Shown here: piece by piece, positions 29,331 to 38,856 of the stretch | Numbering within the stretch: the first letter of the stretch is position 1 | How the letters are laid out: the number at the start of each line of letters is the position of its first letter | NCBI GenBank assembly: GCA_020723485.1 | Contig: DYIU01000001.1 | Coordinates: 757,850 to 821,849 of the forward strand | Direction of reading: 5' to 3' | Length of the DNA: 64,000 bases | Source of the DNA: Acidimicrobium ferrooxidans | Lineage (GTDB): Bacteria; Actinomycetota; Geothermincolia; Fen-727; Anoxymicrobiaceae | Made by a program: the position numbers and the translations under genes | Notes under the pieces: model-generated | Databases searched by the model: none | The model's input: the letters and a program-made list of their open reading frames with translations, nothing else | What the model was told of the DNA's origin: nothing

Positions 29331-30560
29331 TCACATGCGTGCACGGAGCTCAGACAGGATACCGCGACCGACGCCGCGAAGCGCCGTCAATCCGTAGATG
29401 GACCTGGGTTCCTGAACTCCTGAAAACACCCTGCAGTAGTGCCCGAGCCAGGTGTTCTCGCCGGCCCGCGCATCAGTTATCACCTTGAGGGACAGGTCGA
29501 AGCGCCAGTCCACCTGCGTATAGGTGAACAGCTTGCCCGCCGTCCACAGCCAGAAAGAGCCGGTGTCCATCATCCTCCTGCGGTATCCCGAGAACGAGAA
29601 ATCACCGCAATCGAAGGCCCGAAGTATCTCCTCCGCTGCCAGTACGGCTGAATCCGCGCTGACCCCGATGCCCTCGCCTGTCAGGGGGTCCACCCCCAGC
29701 TGCTCCCCGACGAGCAGCACCCGCTCGGCGGAGAACTCCTGCCTGAAGGAGAGGACGCGCTCGGGGTACGGTTTCAACTTAAGGGCGTCGGGGCCCGCCG
29801 CCGTCATCTCCGGGTGCCGCTCGATCGTGGAGGCGAAGTGGTCCTGGAGGCGGCCGGCGCCCCCCCGCGCGAGCTCACCGCCGGTGACTCCCGTGTTTAT
29901 CACCAGTCCGCCGTCCTCGCCCACGGAAGGGAAGAACCAGACGTAGCCCTTCAGCCCGTGTTTGATGGGGGTGAAGTCTATCAGGAGCGAGCCGCCAGTC
30001 GGGTCTGTTCCGGGGGCCGTGGGCAGCCATCCCTGCAGGAGGAGCTGCCTGTCGTTAGCGGGGGGGAGCCCGAACCATACCCGGCTTGAGCCGTTCACCC
30101 CGTCGGCGCCGACGAAGACGTCGCACCGGTAGGCCTCGCCGCCGCCGCCGACAACGACGACGCCCGAGCGCTCCCGGTATGCCCCGGCGGCCGGTGTCCC
30201 CTCCCTGACCTCGACGCCCAGCTCCCTGGCCCTGTCGAGGAGGTACTGGTCCAGTACGCTCCGCCGGAGGACGTAGCCGTCCTGGCCCCCGAACGGGGTA
30301 TAGCTCTCGAAATCTCCGTAGTTGACGGTGAGACCGCTGACACTGGTGTGGGGCAGGCCGTCGAGGGGCGCGCCGATGGAATCGAGCCAGCTCACCACCC
30401 TGCCCGCGACCCCGCCTCCGCATATCTTCTCCCTGGGGAAGCGCCTGCGCTCGAGTAGCAGTATACGGGGGGCGAGGTCCGGCCTCGACCTGGCCAGGCA
30501 CACGGCTGTCAGGGCCCCTGCCGGCCCCCCGCCGACTATCGCCACCCTGTACCTGTCCAA
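29331..30560 (-). CDS. FAD-dependent oxidoreductase (geranylgeranyl-reductase-like family)
   Basis: Dinucleotide-binding motif VAIVGGGPAGA near the N-terminus; start set at TTG 30560 with GAGGGGG upstream; the ORF is open to 30707 but the extension is low-complexity. Confidence 0.7.
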   Translation of the reverse strand: MDRYRVAIVGGGPAGALTAVCLARSRPDLAPRILLLERRRFPREKICGGGVAGRVVSWLDSIGAPLDGLPHTSVSGLTVNYGDFESYTPFGGQDGYVLRRSVLDQYLLDRARELGVEVREGTPAAGAYRERSGVVVVGGGGEAYRCDVFVGADGVNGSSRVWFGLPPANDRQLLLQGWLPTAPGTDPTGGSLLIDFTPIKHGLKGYVWFFPSVGEDGGLVINTGVTGGELARGGAGRLQDHFASTIERHPEMTAAGPDALKLKPYPERVLSFRQEFSAERVLLVGEQLGVDPLTGEGIGVSADSAVLAAEEILRAFDCGDFSFSGYRRRMMDTGSFWLWTAGKLFTYTQVDWRFDLSLKVITDARAGENTWLGHYCRVFSGVQEPRSIYGLTALRGVGRGILSELRARM

Positions 30561-30802
30561 GCCACCCCCTCTCGAGCCTCTGGAACCGCGCGGAGACCGC
30601 TGTTCCGGGTTCCTATCCGAGGCCGCTTTATGGTAGCATATCAATCCCCGAGGGGGTCTTCTGATGCGGGTGCATGCTCTCTTTCCCGCGAATGAACTTG
30701 GGCGCAAGGCCGTAGATGAGTACGGCTGTGATGAGCTTCAGGATCGGAGGTCCGAAAGCAGGCGACAATCCTCGCGAAAGCAGGGAACAAGGAGGGAAAG
30801 TT

Positions 30803-31363
30803 ATGGCGCTTACGTACGGCACAGACGAGTGGGAGCAGGCATACGTAGCCGAGGTCGCGGAGAGGCAGAAGGCACCGCGGCCCTACATCGCTTTCAGCCC
30901 GGAGTGGATAGGGCTCTACGAGAAGGCTGTGCAGGAAGACGCCCTTTACAAGGAAGCCGCCGCGACCTGGGAGGGCTCGGTCGTGCTCCACGTGCTGGCG
31001 GCCCCCGAGGTCGGTATCGACGAGGACCTGTACCTGTTCATGGACCTGTGGCACGGCGACTGCCGTTCGATGCGGCTCGTTCCCAAGGAGGCCGGCGAGG
31101 CGGGCGACTTCGTCATCACCGGCTCGATGGAGCGCTGGCTTCAGGTGTCCAGGAAGCAGCTCGATACCGTCAAAGGGATGATGCAGGGCAAGCTCAAGCT
31201 CAAGGGCGACCTGCCGACCATCGTCCGCGCGGTGAAGGCGGCGTCGCGGCTCGTCGACATCGTCGCCGACATGGATTCCATCTATCCCGACGAACTGACC
31301 CCGGAGCAGATAGAGGAGCTCAGGGGCTGGATAGTGCCCCTCCGCGAGAAGTTCGGCGTCTGA
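30803..31363 (+). CDS. SCP2 (sterol-carrier-protein-2) domain protein
   Basis: ATG at 30803 with AAGGAGGG upstream; C-terminal SCP2-like motif (MMQGKLKLKGDLPTIVRAV). Confidence 0.65.
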   Translation: MALTYGTDEWEQAYVAEVAERQKAPRPYIAFSPEWIGLYEKAVQEDALYKEAAATWEGSVVLHVLAAPEVGIDEDLYLFMDLWHGDCRSMRLVPKEAGEAGDFVITGSMERWLQVSRKQLDTVKGMMQGKLKLKGDLPTIVRAVKAASRLVDIVADMDSIYPDELTPEQIEELRGWIVPLREKFGV

Positions 31364-31536
31364 ACACGACTTTTCAGACAGGCGGGGCATCCTCCAGGTG
31401 TCCCGCCTGTACAGCATCAGCGACCACACGGAGGCGCCCGGGGAAGGCCCCTCCGGCTGAGAACACGTGAGCCCCGTGCCGGCGTCCACGGGACGGGGGC
31501 CTCATAACGTCCCCGGCCAACAACGGGAGGTATGAG

Positions 31537-32700
31537 ATGGCTTACGACAGAGACCTTTCATTCGTCTACCGCAATCCCACCAAGCTGGTATTCGGTGAGA
31601 ACAGCGCGAAGGACGTCGGCATCGAGGTGGGCGAACTCGGGTGCAGCAAGGCGTTCCTGGTCACGGACCCCGGCCTCGTCGAGACCGGGCTGCCCGAGAT
31701 CATCGTAAAGGCGCTCGGCAATAAGTACGCCGGAACGTTCGACCAGTGCATACAGGACTGCGGGCTTCACATCATAAACGAGGCCGCGGAGGTGGCGAAG
31801 GCCGCCGGCGCGGACTGCCTCGTGAGCCTCGGTGGGGGCAGCACGATAGACACTGCCAAAGGGATGGCGATCCTCATCAAGGAGGGCGGCAGGATAGAGG
31901 ATTACGCGGGGCTACAGATGCTGACCCGCCCGCAGACGCCGCACATCGCCATTCCGACCACGGCGGGGACCGGCAGCGAGGTCACCTACGCCTTCGTGGT
32001 CAAGGACTGGGAAAAGAACCAGAAGCTCATCTTCGCCGACACGTTCGTCATACCGAACATCGGCATCCTCGACCCGACGCTCACGGAGGGCCTGCCGCCC
32101 GGCCTCACGGCCACCACCGGCATGGACGCCATGACCCACGCTGTGGAGGCCATCCACGCGCTGCAGGCCATGCCCATGTCCGATGCCATGGCGATGCATG
32201 CGATCAGGCTCATCATGGAGTACCTCCCCACCTGTGTCGAGAACGGCACCGACTTGTTCGCGCGCGGCCAGCAGCAGATAGCCGCGACGATGGCGGGCAT
32301 CGCCTTCGGCAATGCGCAGATCGGCATGGTGCACGCGATGGCGCACAGCGTAGGCGGCCTGTTCAAGGTGCCGCACGGGCTGGGGAACAGCATCCTGCTC
32401 CCGCACGTGATGCTCTACAACATGGACGAGTGCGCGGACCGCTACGCGATGGTGGCGGACGCCATGGGCCTGGACACCAAGGGCATGAGCGACCTTGAGG
32501 CCAGCGAGGCAGCGGCGAACGCGATATGGGACCTGACCAGGAAGATGGGCGTTCCCCAGAAGCTGAGCGAGGTAGGCGTGCCCGAGGACGGGCTCGACGC
32601 GGCGGCCGACCTGGCGCTCTCGGACGGCTCCATAGTGTACAACCCGAAGCTCATCTACGAGACGGACCAGATACTCGAGGTCTACAAGAAGGCCTACTAG
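31537..32700 (+). CDS. Iron-containing (group III) alcohol dehydrogenase
   Basis: GGGAGG RBS; Fe-ADH sequence (GGGSTIDTAKGMAI...; metal-ligand His in HAMAHSVGG and GLGNSILLPHV). Confidence 0.85.
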   Translation: MAYDRDLSFVYRNPTKLVFGENSAKDVGIEVGELGCSKAFLVTDPGLVETGLPEIIVKALGNKYAGTFDQCIQDCGLHIINEAAEVAKAAGADCLVSLGGGSTIDTAKGMAILIKEGGRIEDYAGLQMLTRPQTPHIAIPTTAGTGSEVTYAFVVKDWEKNQKLIFADTFVIPNIGILDPTLTEGLPPGLTATTGMDAMTHAVEAIHALQAMPMSDAMAMHAIRLIMEYLPTCVENGTDLFARGQQQIAATMAGIAFGNAQIGMVHAMAHSVGGLFKVPHGLGNSILLPHVMLYNMDECADRYAMVADAMGLDTKGMSDLEASEAAANAIWDLTRKMGVPQKLSEVGVPEDGLDAAADLALSDGSIVYNPKLIYETDQILEVYKKAY

Positions 32701-32744
32701 AGTCATTTCATCGACCACGCAGTAGATAGTTGGGAGGGTAAGAG

Positions 32745-33269
32745 ATGGTAACGTACCTGGTGGGCGCGCTGCTCGTAGCCCTGGGCGGAATCGCAATCGT
32801 CCTGATAATCGCGAGTTCCAAGGCGGAGGTGGGCTCAGGCGGAACGGGCGAGCTCGACGTCACGATGGCGGAGGGCGTAGAGGATAACGGCATGGCGGTG
32901 ATGCTGGCCGAGATGATAAAGACCAACCTCACCAACAAGCCCGAGAGGGTCAAGGACTTCAACAAGCTCAAGGGCACCGTCTGGATCACGGCCGAGGACG
33001 CCGACGTCGAGATGACGATGGATTTCAACAAGGGGAGCCTGACAGTGCGCGACGGGAAAGTCGGTAAGCCGATCCTCGCTATCTCGACAGACTCCGCGAC
33101 CCTCATGGACCTCGCCAACATAGACATAAAGTTCGGCATGCCCTATTACTTCGACGAGACGGGGATGATGGTCATCAAGAAGCTGCTCAAGAGGGAGCTC
33201 AAGATCAAGGGCCTGCTCACGCATACCATCGCCCTGACCTACATGACCAAGATAATGTCGGTGAAATAG
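32745..33269 (+). CDS. Membrane-anchored SCP2-like domain protein
   Basis: N-terminal TM helix (LVGALLVALGGIAIVLIIA) then SCP2-like region ending KRELKIKGLLTHTIAL. Confidence 0.6.
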   Translation: MVTYLVGALLVALGGIAIVLIIASSKAEVGSGGTGELDVTMAEGVEDNGMAVMLAEMIKTNLTNKPERVKDFNKLKGTVWITAEDADVEMTMDFNKGSLTVRDGKVGKPILAISTDSATLMDLANIDIKFGMPYYFDETGMMVIKKLLKRELKIKGLLTHTIALTYMTKIMSVK

Positions 33270-33339
33270 CAGCGGGCCGTCCCGCGTATGCGCGCGGGGA
33301 ACGGACCCGGCCGTAAGCCGAGAACGAGGGGGGACTCGA

Positions 33340-35196
33340 ATGTACGGCAATACCGGAAAGGTGCTCGACGTCGATCTGACGTCCGGGGAGATCAACGTTA
33401 TCGAGCTCGACGAGGATACTTACCGCCAGTACGTGGGGGGCACGGGCCTCGCCGCCAGGCTGCTTTACGACCACGGCGACCTCGAGGCGGGCCCTCTCGA
33501 CCCCGGGAACCTCTTCATCGTGGCCATCGGACCGATGCAGGACACCGGGATGTACGGCACCAGCCGGTTCTCGGTTGGCGCCCGCTCTCCTCTGACCGGT
33601 GTCTGGGGCCAGGCCAGCTGCGGCGGCGACTTCGGCCCGGAACTCAGGCGCTGCGGCTACGACGCGGTTATCTTCAGGGGCAAAGCCTCCGAGCCGGTCT
33701 ACCTTCTCATCGAAGAATCAGAGGCTTCACTCCAACCCGCCGGCGACCTCTGGGGCAAGGACACCTACGTGGTCGACGACGAGCTCAAGGCAAAGCACAG
33801 CAAGCAGCACAGGATAATGGTCATCGGCCCCGCCGGCGAGAACGGCGTGCTCTTCGGCAGCATCGCCAACAGCAAGGGCCACCATGCCGGCCGCTCGGGA
33901 ATGGGCACGGTCATGGGCTCGAAGAACCTCAAGGCGGTCTGCGCGAAGGGCAGCATGAAGCAGGAGTACGCCGACCCCGAGGGCCTCAAGTCTTTCTGGC
34001 AGGACACGGTCCGGCCGCAGATGGACGAGAGCATCTACTGCCAGACTGTCGGAGCTTTCGGAACGGCTGCCAACATGGAGATGAAGATGATCGAGGGCGA
34101 CGTGCCCACCAAGAACTTCCTGGTCGGCTCCTGGGAAGAGGGCCCCGAGACCCTGAGCGGCATCGCGATGGCGGACACTATCCTGACAGGCCGGGAGACC
34201 TGCCGCGGCTGCGGAATCCGCTGCAAGCGGGTGGTGAAGATAGAGGAAGGCCCGTACGCGATAGGCGAAGGCCCGGGGCCGGAGTACGAGACCATCGGCA
34301 CGTTCGGCACGATGCTCATGAACCCCAACCTCGAGGCCGTGGCGAAGGCCAACGACCTGTGCAACCGCCTGGGGATGGACACCATGACCTGCGGGTCGAC
34401 GATCGCCTGGGCCATGGACTGCTTCGACCGAGGCATGTTGAAGCCGGAGGACTGGGACGGCATAAAGCTGGAGTGGGGCGAGATAGATCCTGTCATCGAC
34501 CTCGTCCAGAAGATCGCCGTGCGCGAGGGCAAGCTCGGCGAGCTGCTCTCCAGGGGCTCCGCGAAAGCCGCCGCGGAGGTCGGCAACGGGAGCGAGGAGC
34601 TGCTGACGACCAGCAAAGGCCTCGAGTCTCCCATGCACGACCCGCGCTGCAACTGGGGCGACGGCCTGGCTTACGCTACCTCAGTCCGAGGCGCGTGCCA
34701 CGTCTCCAACCTCATGTTCCTGCTCGAGTGGGGGGCCCTGGACTTCCCGGAGATAGGGGTAGACCACATACTCGACCCGATGGGAACCGAGTACAAGGCG
34801 GACGGGGCCGCGAAGATGCACGATATCGGGTGCATCACGAACTCTGCGTGCTGGTGCCAGTTCCCCTCGCAGGCTCTCAGTCTCCCCCAGTGGGTCGAGG
34901 CGTTCAACCTGGTCACCGGCTGGGGTTGGGACATCGACGAGTTCATGAAGACCGGCGGCCGCATATGGTTCCTGCAGCGCTGCCTCGGTCACATCTGGGG
35001 CGCGACCGCTGAAGACGACGTCATGGGCGCCAGGAGCATGTACCCGACCGAGGACGGCATGATCGCGGGCTCGGTGCCCGACATGGACACCATGCTCAAG
35101 GAGTTCTACGAGCTGCGGGGCCTGGACTCCGACGGCAAGCCGACGGAAGAGACCCTGAAGGACTACGGCCTCGACTTCCTCATCGGCAAGATCTGA
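33340..35196 (+). CDS. aor: Aldehyde:ferredoxin oxidoreductase (tungsten-pterin AOR family)
   Basis: 618 aa; AOR N-terminal domain (MYGNTGKVLDVDLTSGEINVIELDEDTYRQYVGGTGLAARLLY) and conserved Cys-containing Fe-S/pterin region (CRGCGIRCKR). Confidence 0.85.
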   Translation: MYGNTGKVLDVDLTSGEINVIELDEDTYRQYVGGTGLAARLLYDHGDLEAGPLDPGNLFIVAIGPMQDTGMYGTSRFSVGARSPLTGVWGQASCGGDFGPELRRCGYDAVIFRGKASEPVYLLIEESEASLQPAGDLWGKDTYVVDDELKAKHSKQHRIMVIGPAGENGVLFGSIANSKGHHAGRSGMGTVMGSKNLKAVCAKGSMKQEYADPEGLKSFWQDTVRPQMDESIYCQTVGAFGTAANMEMKMIEGDVPTKNFLVGSWEEGPETLSGIAMADTILTGRETCRGCGIRCKRVVKIEEGPYAIGEGPGPEYETIGTFGTMLMNPNLEAVAKANDLCNRLGMDTMTCGSTIAWAMDCFDRGMLKPEDWDGIKLEWGEIDPVIDLVQKIAVREGKLGELLSRGSAKAAAEVGNGSEELLTTSKGLESPMHDPRCNWGDGLAYATSVRGACHVSNLMFLLEWGALDFPEIGVDHILDPMGTEYKADGAAKMHDIGCITNSACWCQFPSQALSLPQWVEAFNLVTGWGWDIDEFMKTGGRIWFLQRCLGHIWGATAEDDVMGARSMYPTEDGMIAGSVPDMDTMLKEFYELRGLDSDGKPTEETLKDYGLDFLIGKI

Positions 35197-35206
35197 GTAA
35201 TAACCT

Positions 35207-35286
35207 GGGGTCACGTCATATTTTATTACCGGCGGTCACGCGTGCCTCGATAATCGGCACCAGGTAATAAAATTAGACGTGACCCC
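35207..35286. repeat. 80-bp palindromic element (24-bp arms GGGGTCACGTCATATTTTATTACC, 32-nt loop) between convergent genes
   Basis: Left arm 35207-35230 and right arm 35263-35286 are reverse complements with one or two mismatches; shares the GGGGTCA-GTCA 5-prime core with the element family found further downstream. Confidence 0.7.
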
Positions 35287-35289
35287 ATC

Positions 35290-36282
35290 TTATGACACGC
35301 TGTAGTAAGCGGTCTCACCGCGGAGCTCGCTTCCCACCCTGCGTTCGCTCTCGAGTATGACCAGGTGGCCGAAGACCTCCCGCATGCCCAGGAAGATGTT
35401 CTCCACGGTGTTCTCGGCCTCGATGTCCGCAAGCATGTCGAAGGTGAGCTCGATGACCGTCTTCTCCCCGTCCCCGAGCGCGCCCTCGATGAAACGCAGT
35501 CGCTCATCGTGGTGTGCGAGCACCTCCTCGACCCGCCTGCTGAAGTCCTCGATGCAGTCACCGTGACCCGGGAGCGCCAGGCGGACGTCCAGGCCCCTCA
35601 GCTTCTCGAGGGACCTGATGTAGTCGGGAAGGCCGCTCCGCTGTTCGCTCTGCCATGGGGGGTACATGTCGGGGTTCGGCGTGATGGTGTTGAGCAGCAT
35701 GTCGCCGGTGAAAAGGAGCTTCTGCGCCCTAAGGTAGAGGCAGATGTGGTCTATCGAGTGGCCGGGCGTGTGGATTACCTCGAGGTCGAACGGTTCGCCC
35801 TCCAGTATGTCTCCTTCCTCTACAGGCCTGTCGACGGCCACCCCTTCCGCTACCACGTCCCACTGGGAACTGGTCAGCGCCGTTGTTTTCACCAGCTCGC
35901 GGTCCAGCCCCATCAGCGGCGACATCCCTATCAGGTACTCGCGCAGGCGGACGGCCTCCTCCCTGTAGCTTCCGACCGGCCCGAGCCCGAGACGGTGACA
36001 GACCACCTCCGCGCCGCCCTCGGCCTTGAACCGTGCGGCTAGGCCCATGTGGTCGGGGTGGTGATGCGTGACGATTATCCTCTGGATGGAGGCCGGCGGG
36101 TGACCAAGCTCCGATAGCGTGCGCGGGATGGTCTCGGTGACTTCTTCCATGATGGGGCCGGTGTCGATGAGCGTCACCGGCTCGCCCTCGATGAGGTACA
36201 GGTTGACGGGCTGGACCGTGTAAGGTATCTCGAAGTGGAGCTTCCGGATGCCACCAGTGATATCGACTATCTCACGCTTCAA
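35290..36282 (-). CDS. MBL-fold metallo-hydrolase
   Basis: TTG start at 36282 with GGAGG upstream; metallo-beta-lactamase motif IIVTHHHPDHMG. Confidence 0.8.
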   Translation of the reverse strand: MKREIVDITGGIRKLHFEIPYTVQPVNLYLIEGEPVTLIDTGPIMEEVTETIPRTLSELGHPPASIQRIIVTHHHPDHMGLAARFKAEGGAEVVCHRLGLGPVGSYREEAVRLREYLIGMSPLMGLDRELVKTTALTSSQWDVVAEGVAVDRPVEEGDILEGEPFDLEVIHTPGHSIDHICLYLRAQKLLFTGDMLLNTITPNPDMYPPWQSEQRSGLPDYIRSLEKLRGLDVRLALPGHGDCIEDFSRRVEEVLAHHDERLRFIEGALGDGEKTVIELTFDMLADIEAENTVENIFLGMREVFGHLVILESERRVGSELRGETAYYSVS

Positions 36283-36379
36283 ACCCGGCCTCCGTTTCCT
36301 CCTGCCCCGCTCGCCATAGCGTATCAGAGTGGGCGGGTCGCCGCGCCGCGGGGTACGATCCTAAAACCTCGAAATCGTA

Positions 36380-36433
36380 TTGACACCATTGTCACATGCG
36401 GATAGAATCCCTGGCAAGTGAGTGCTCACTCAC
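36380..36433 (+). promoter_or_regulatory. Canonical sigma70-type promoter plus palindromic operator upstream of a TetR gene
   Basis: TTGACA (36380-36385), 17-nt spacer, TAGAAT (36403-36408); palindrome GTGAGTG-CT-CACTCAC (36418-36433) sits at the predicted transcription start. Confidence 0.6.
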
Positions 36434-36458
36434 CTGGGATGTGGAGGCGCAGGTGCCC

Positions 36459-37064
36459 ATGAAAGCGGAGCCGGAAACGGCACAGGAAACAGAATCGGCA
36501 AGGGGTCCCCGTTACAACGAAATCCTGACGGCCTCGATAGAGGTCTTCTCGAGGACGAACTACGAGAAGGCCACCACGGCACTGCTCGCTAAGGAAGCCG
36601 GGATCGCAGAGGGAACCCTGTACAGGTACTTCCCCACCAAGAAGGACCTCTTCCTCGAGTGCTTCCGCTACATAACGAACCAGATGGTCGAACGGTACAT
36701 CGATGTCTACAGGAGGGTCGGCCAGGACCCGCGCTCGTACCTGATAGAGGTCGCGAAGAGCTACTTCGAGTTCCTCCAGGAGAACCCGAGCATGCGGCTC
36801 TTCATGGCGTTCGTCCTCAACAACTCCTTCGACCAGGATTTCCGCGACGAGCTCGACAGGTTCGTGATGTTCAACGTCAACGCGACGGAGCGCATGCTCA
36901 GGCTCGCCATCGAGAAGGGGGAGATCCGCGATGACATCAACCCCAGGGTCGGGGCGTGGTTCTTCGTCGGCGGTTATTTCACCCTGATACTCATGTCCGA
37001 GCTGGACGCCGACGACTTCAAGCACCCCGACTTCATGGATGACCTCTTGAAGCTGTTCCTGTGA
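36459..37064 (+). CDS. TetR-family transcriptional regulator
   Basis: ATG at 36459 inside the longer ORF from 36396; helix-turn-helix region TTALLAKEAGIAEGTLYRYFPTKKDLF. Confidence 0.8.
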   Translation: MKAEPETAQETESARGPRYNEILTASIEVFSRTNYEKATTALLAKEAGIAEGTLYRYFPTKKDLFLECFRYITNQMVERYIDVYRRVGQDPRSYLIEVAKSYFEFLQENPSMRLFMAFVLNNSFDQDFRDELDRFVMFNVNATERMLRLAIEKGEIRDDINPRVGAWFFVGGYFTLILMSELDADDFKHPDFMDDLLKLFL

Positions 37065-37109
37065 GGTCCCACGGCCTGACGGGCGACCGGTCCGCATAGG
37101 GAGGATTGT

Positions 37110-38840
37110 ATGACGAGTGACGAGTTGACCATCCTCAAGAACAAGGTCCTGCTTGGGGCGAGGCTCGCCAGGTCGCTGCTGCTCTTCTTCATCGATGAGT
37201 ACAGGCGTGGGACGCTCCTCGAGAACCTCAAGAGCATCAGGCAGGCCAGGGGCATATCGGTGGCCGTGGACATGTCACACGCCGACCTGCTGGAGGAGAA
37301 GTCCGCCAGGCCGCGGCTCGCCGGCAAGGTGTTCCTCCGGTTCAAGGACGAGTCGTTCACCTACAGGCAGATGGACGAGAACGCGAACCGGCTGGCGAAC
37401 TACCTCGCGGGCATGGGCGGAGGGTGGGGCGTCGGGCTCGCCATAATGATGAAGAACTCCCCCCGCTGGCTCGACGTGTTCTTCGGGCTGGAGAAGCTCG
37501 GCATGTACCTCGTCCCGGTGAACATCGCGCTGCGGCAGGACCAGCTCGCTTACATCCTCGACAACTCCGAGGCCTCGATACTCGTGATAGACCACGACCT
37601 CCTGGACCATTACCGTGCTGTCGCGGACAGGGTGCCGGGCATCAGGCAGGTGATAGTGAACACCGAGCGTGCCCCGGAGGACTACCGTGTCCCGGACGGC
37701 ATGGAAAGCCTGCAGGCCGCGTACGGCCCCGGTTCGAGCACGGAAAGGCCGCCCACCCGCGCCAACCCGGACGACCTGTGTATCATCATGTACACATCCG
37801 GCACGACGGGCCTCCCCAAGGGAGTCGTCTACCGCTACAATTCCACCAGCGTGAAGCCGCTCGCCATCATGACCCGGCTGCTGATGTCGTCGGACGACGT
37901 CGCGTATACTTGCTATCCTCTCTTCCACGCCAACGCCCTCTTCCTGACGGTCACCACCGGCCTCCACGCCGAGGCGAGCATGGCGCTGGCCGAGAGGTTC
38001 AGCGCGAGCCGCTTCTGGGACGACATGAGGCGATATCACGTGACGACCTTCAACGGGCTGGGCGCGGTGATGCCGATACTGATGAAACAGCCGCGGAAAC
38101 CCGATGACGCGCGCAACGACGTCAGGGTGGTCCTCGCAGCAGGCTGCCCCGCGGAGATCTGGCGCGGCTTCGAGGAGCGCTTCGGTTTGACCATTTTCGA
38201 GGGCTACGGCGCGGTCGACGGCGGCAGCACCGTCATCATGAACGTCGGGACCGCGCCGGTCGGCTCGATGGGAAGGCCGATAGGGTCCAGGGTGCGCATC
38301 ATCGATTCAGAGGGCCGAGACTGCCCGCCGGGCACGCCCGGGGAGCTCATCTGCGAGGTGGGAAGGAAGAAGAGCTCCGTCGAGTACTTCAAGAACAGGG
38401 ACGCCACCAGCGACAAGGTCCGCGACGGCTGGCTGTACACCGGCGACCTGGTCTACGCGGACGAGGACGGCTACATCTACTTTGTGGGCAGGAACACGGA
38501 ATCGATGCGCTGCAAGGGAGAGAACGTCTCCGCCTACGAGGTCGAGCACGCCATCATGCAGCACCCGGACGTGCTTGAGTGCGCCGTGTACGCGGTACCC
38601 TCCCAGCTCGCCGAGGACGAGATAATGACGACGCTCGTGCCCGTCGAGGGCAGGAGCATAGACCCCTACACGATGCCGGCGTTCCTGTCCGAGAGGCTCG
38701 CGAAGTTCGCGGTCCCGAGGTACTACAGGGTCGTGGAGAGCCTGCCGAAGACCGAGACCCACCGCGTGATCAAGAAAGAGCTGGAAAAGCTCGGAGTCAC
38801 CGGGGACACATACGACGCGGACGCCGTGTCCGCGAAATAG
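37110..38840 (+). CDS. AMP-forming acyl-CoA synthetase / fatty-acid-CoA ligase
   Basis: AMP-binding motif YTSGTTGLPKGV; C-terminal adenylate-forming domain (TGDLVYADEDGYIYFVGR); GGGAGGA RBS. Confidence 0.85.
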   Translation: MTSDELTILKNKVLLGARLARSLLLFFIDEYRRGTLLENLKSIRQARGISVAVDMSHADLLEEKSARPRLAGKVFLRFKDESFTYRQMDENANRLANYLAGMGGGWGVGLAIMMKNSPRWLDVFFGLEKLGMYLVPVNIALRQDQLAYILDNSEASILVIDHDLLDHYRAVADRVPGIRQVIVNTERAPEDYRVPDGMESLQAAYGPGSSTERPPTRANPDDLCIIMYTSGTTGLPKGVVYRYNSTSVKPLAIMTRLLMSSDDVAYTCYPLFHANALFLTVTTGLHAEASMALAERFSASRFWDDMRRYHVTTFNGLGAVMPILMKQPRKPDDARNDVRVVLAAGCPAEIWRGFEERFGLTIFEGYGAVDGGSTVIMNVGTAPVGSMGRPIGSRVRIIDSEGRDCPPGTPGELICEVGRKKSSVEYFKNRDATSDKVRDGWLYTGDLVYADEDGYIYFVGRNTESMRCKGENVSAYEVEHAIMQHPDVLECAVYAVPSQLAEDEIMTTLVPVEGRSIDPYTMPAFLSERLAKFAVPRYYRVVESLPKTETHRVIKKELEKLGVTGDTYDADAVSAK

Positions 38841-38856
38841 AGCTGGAGACACATAG

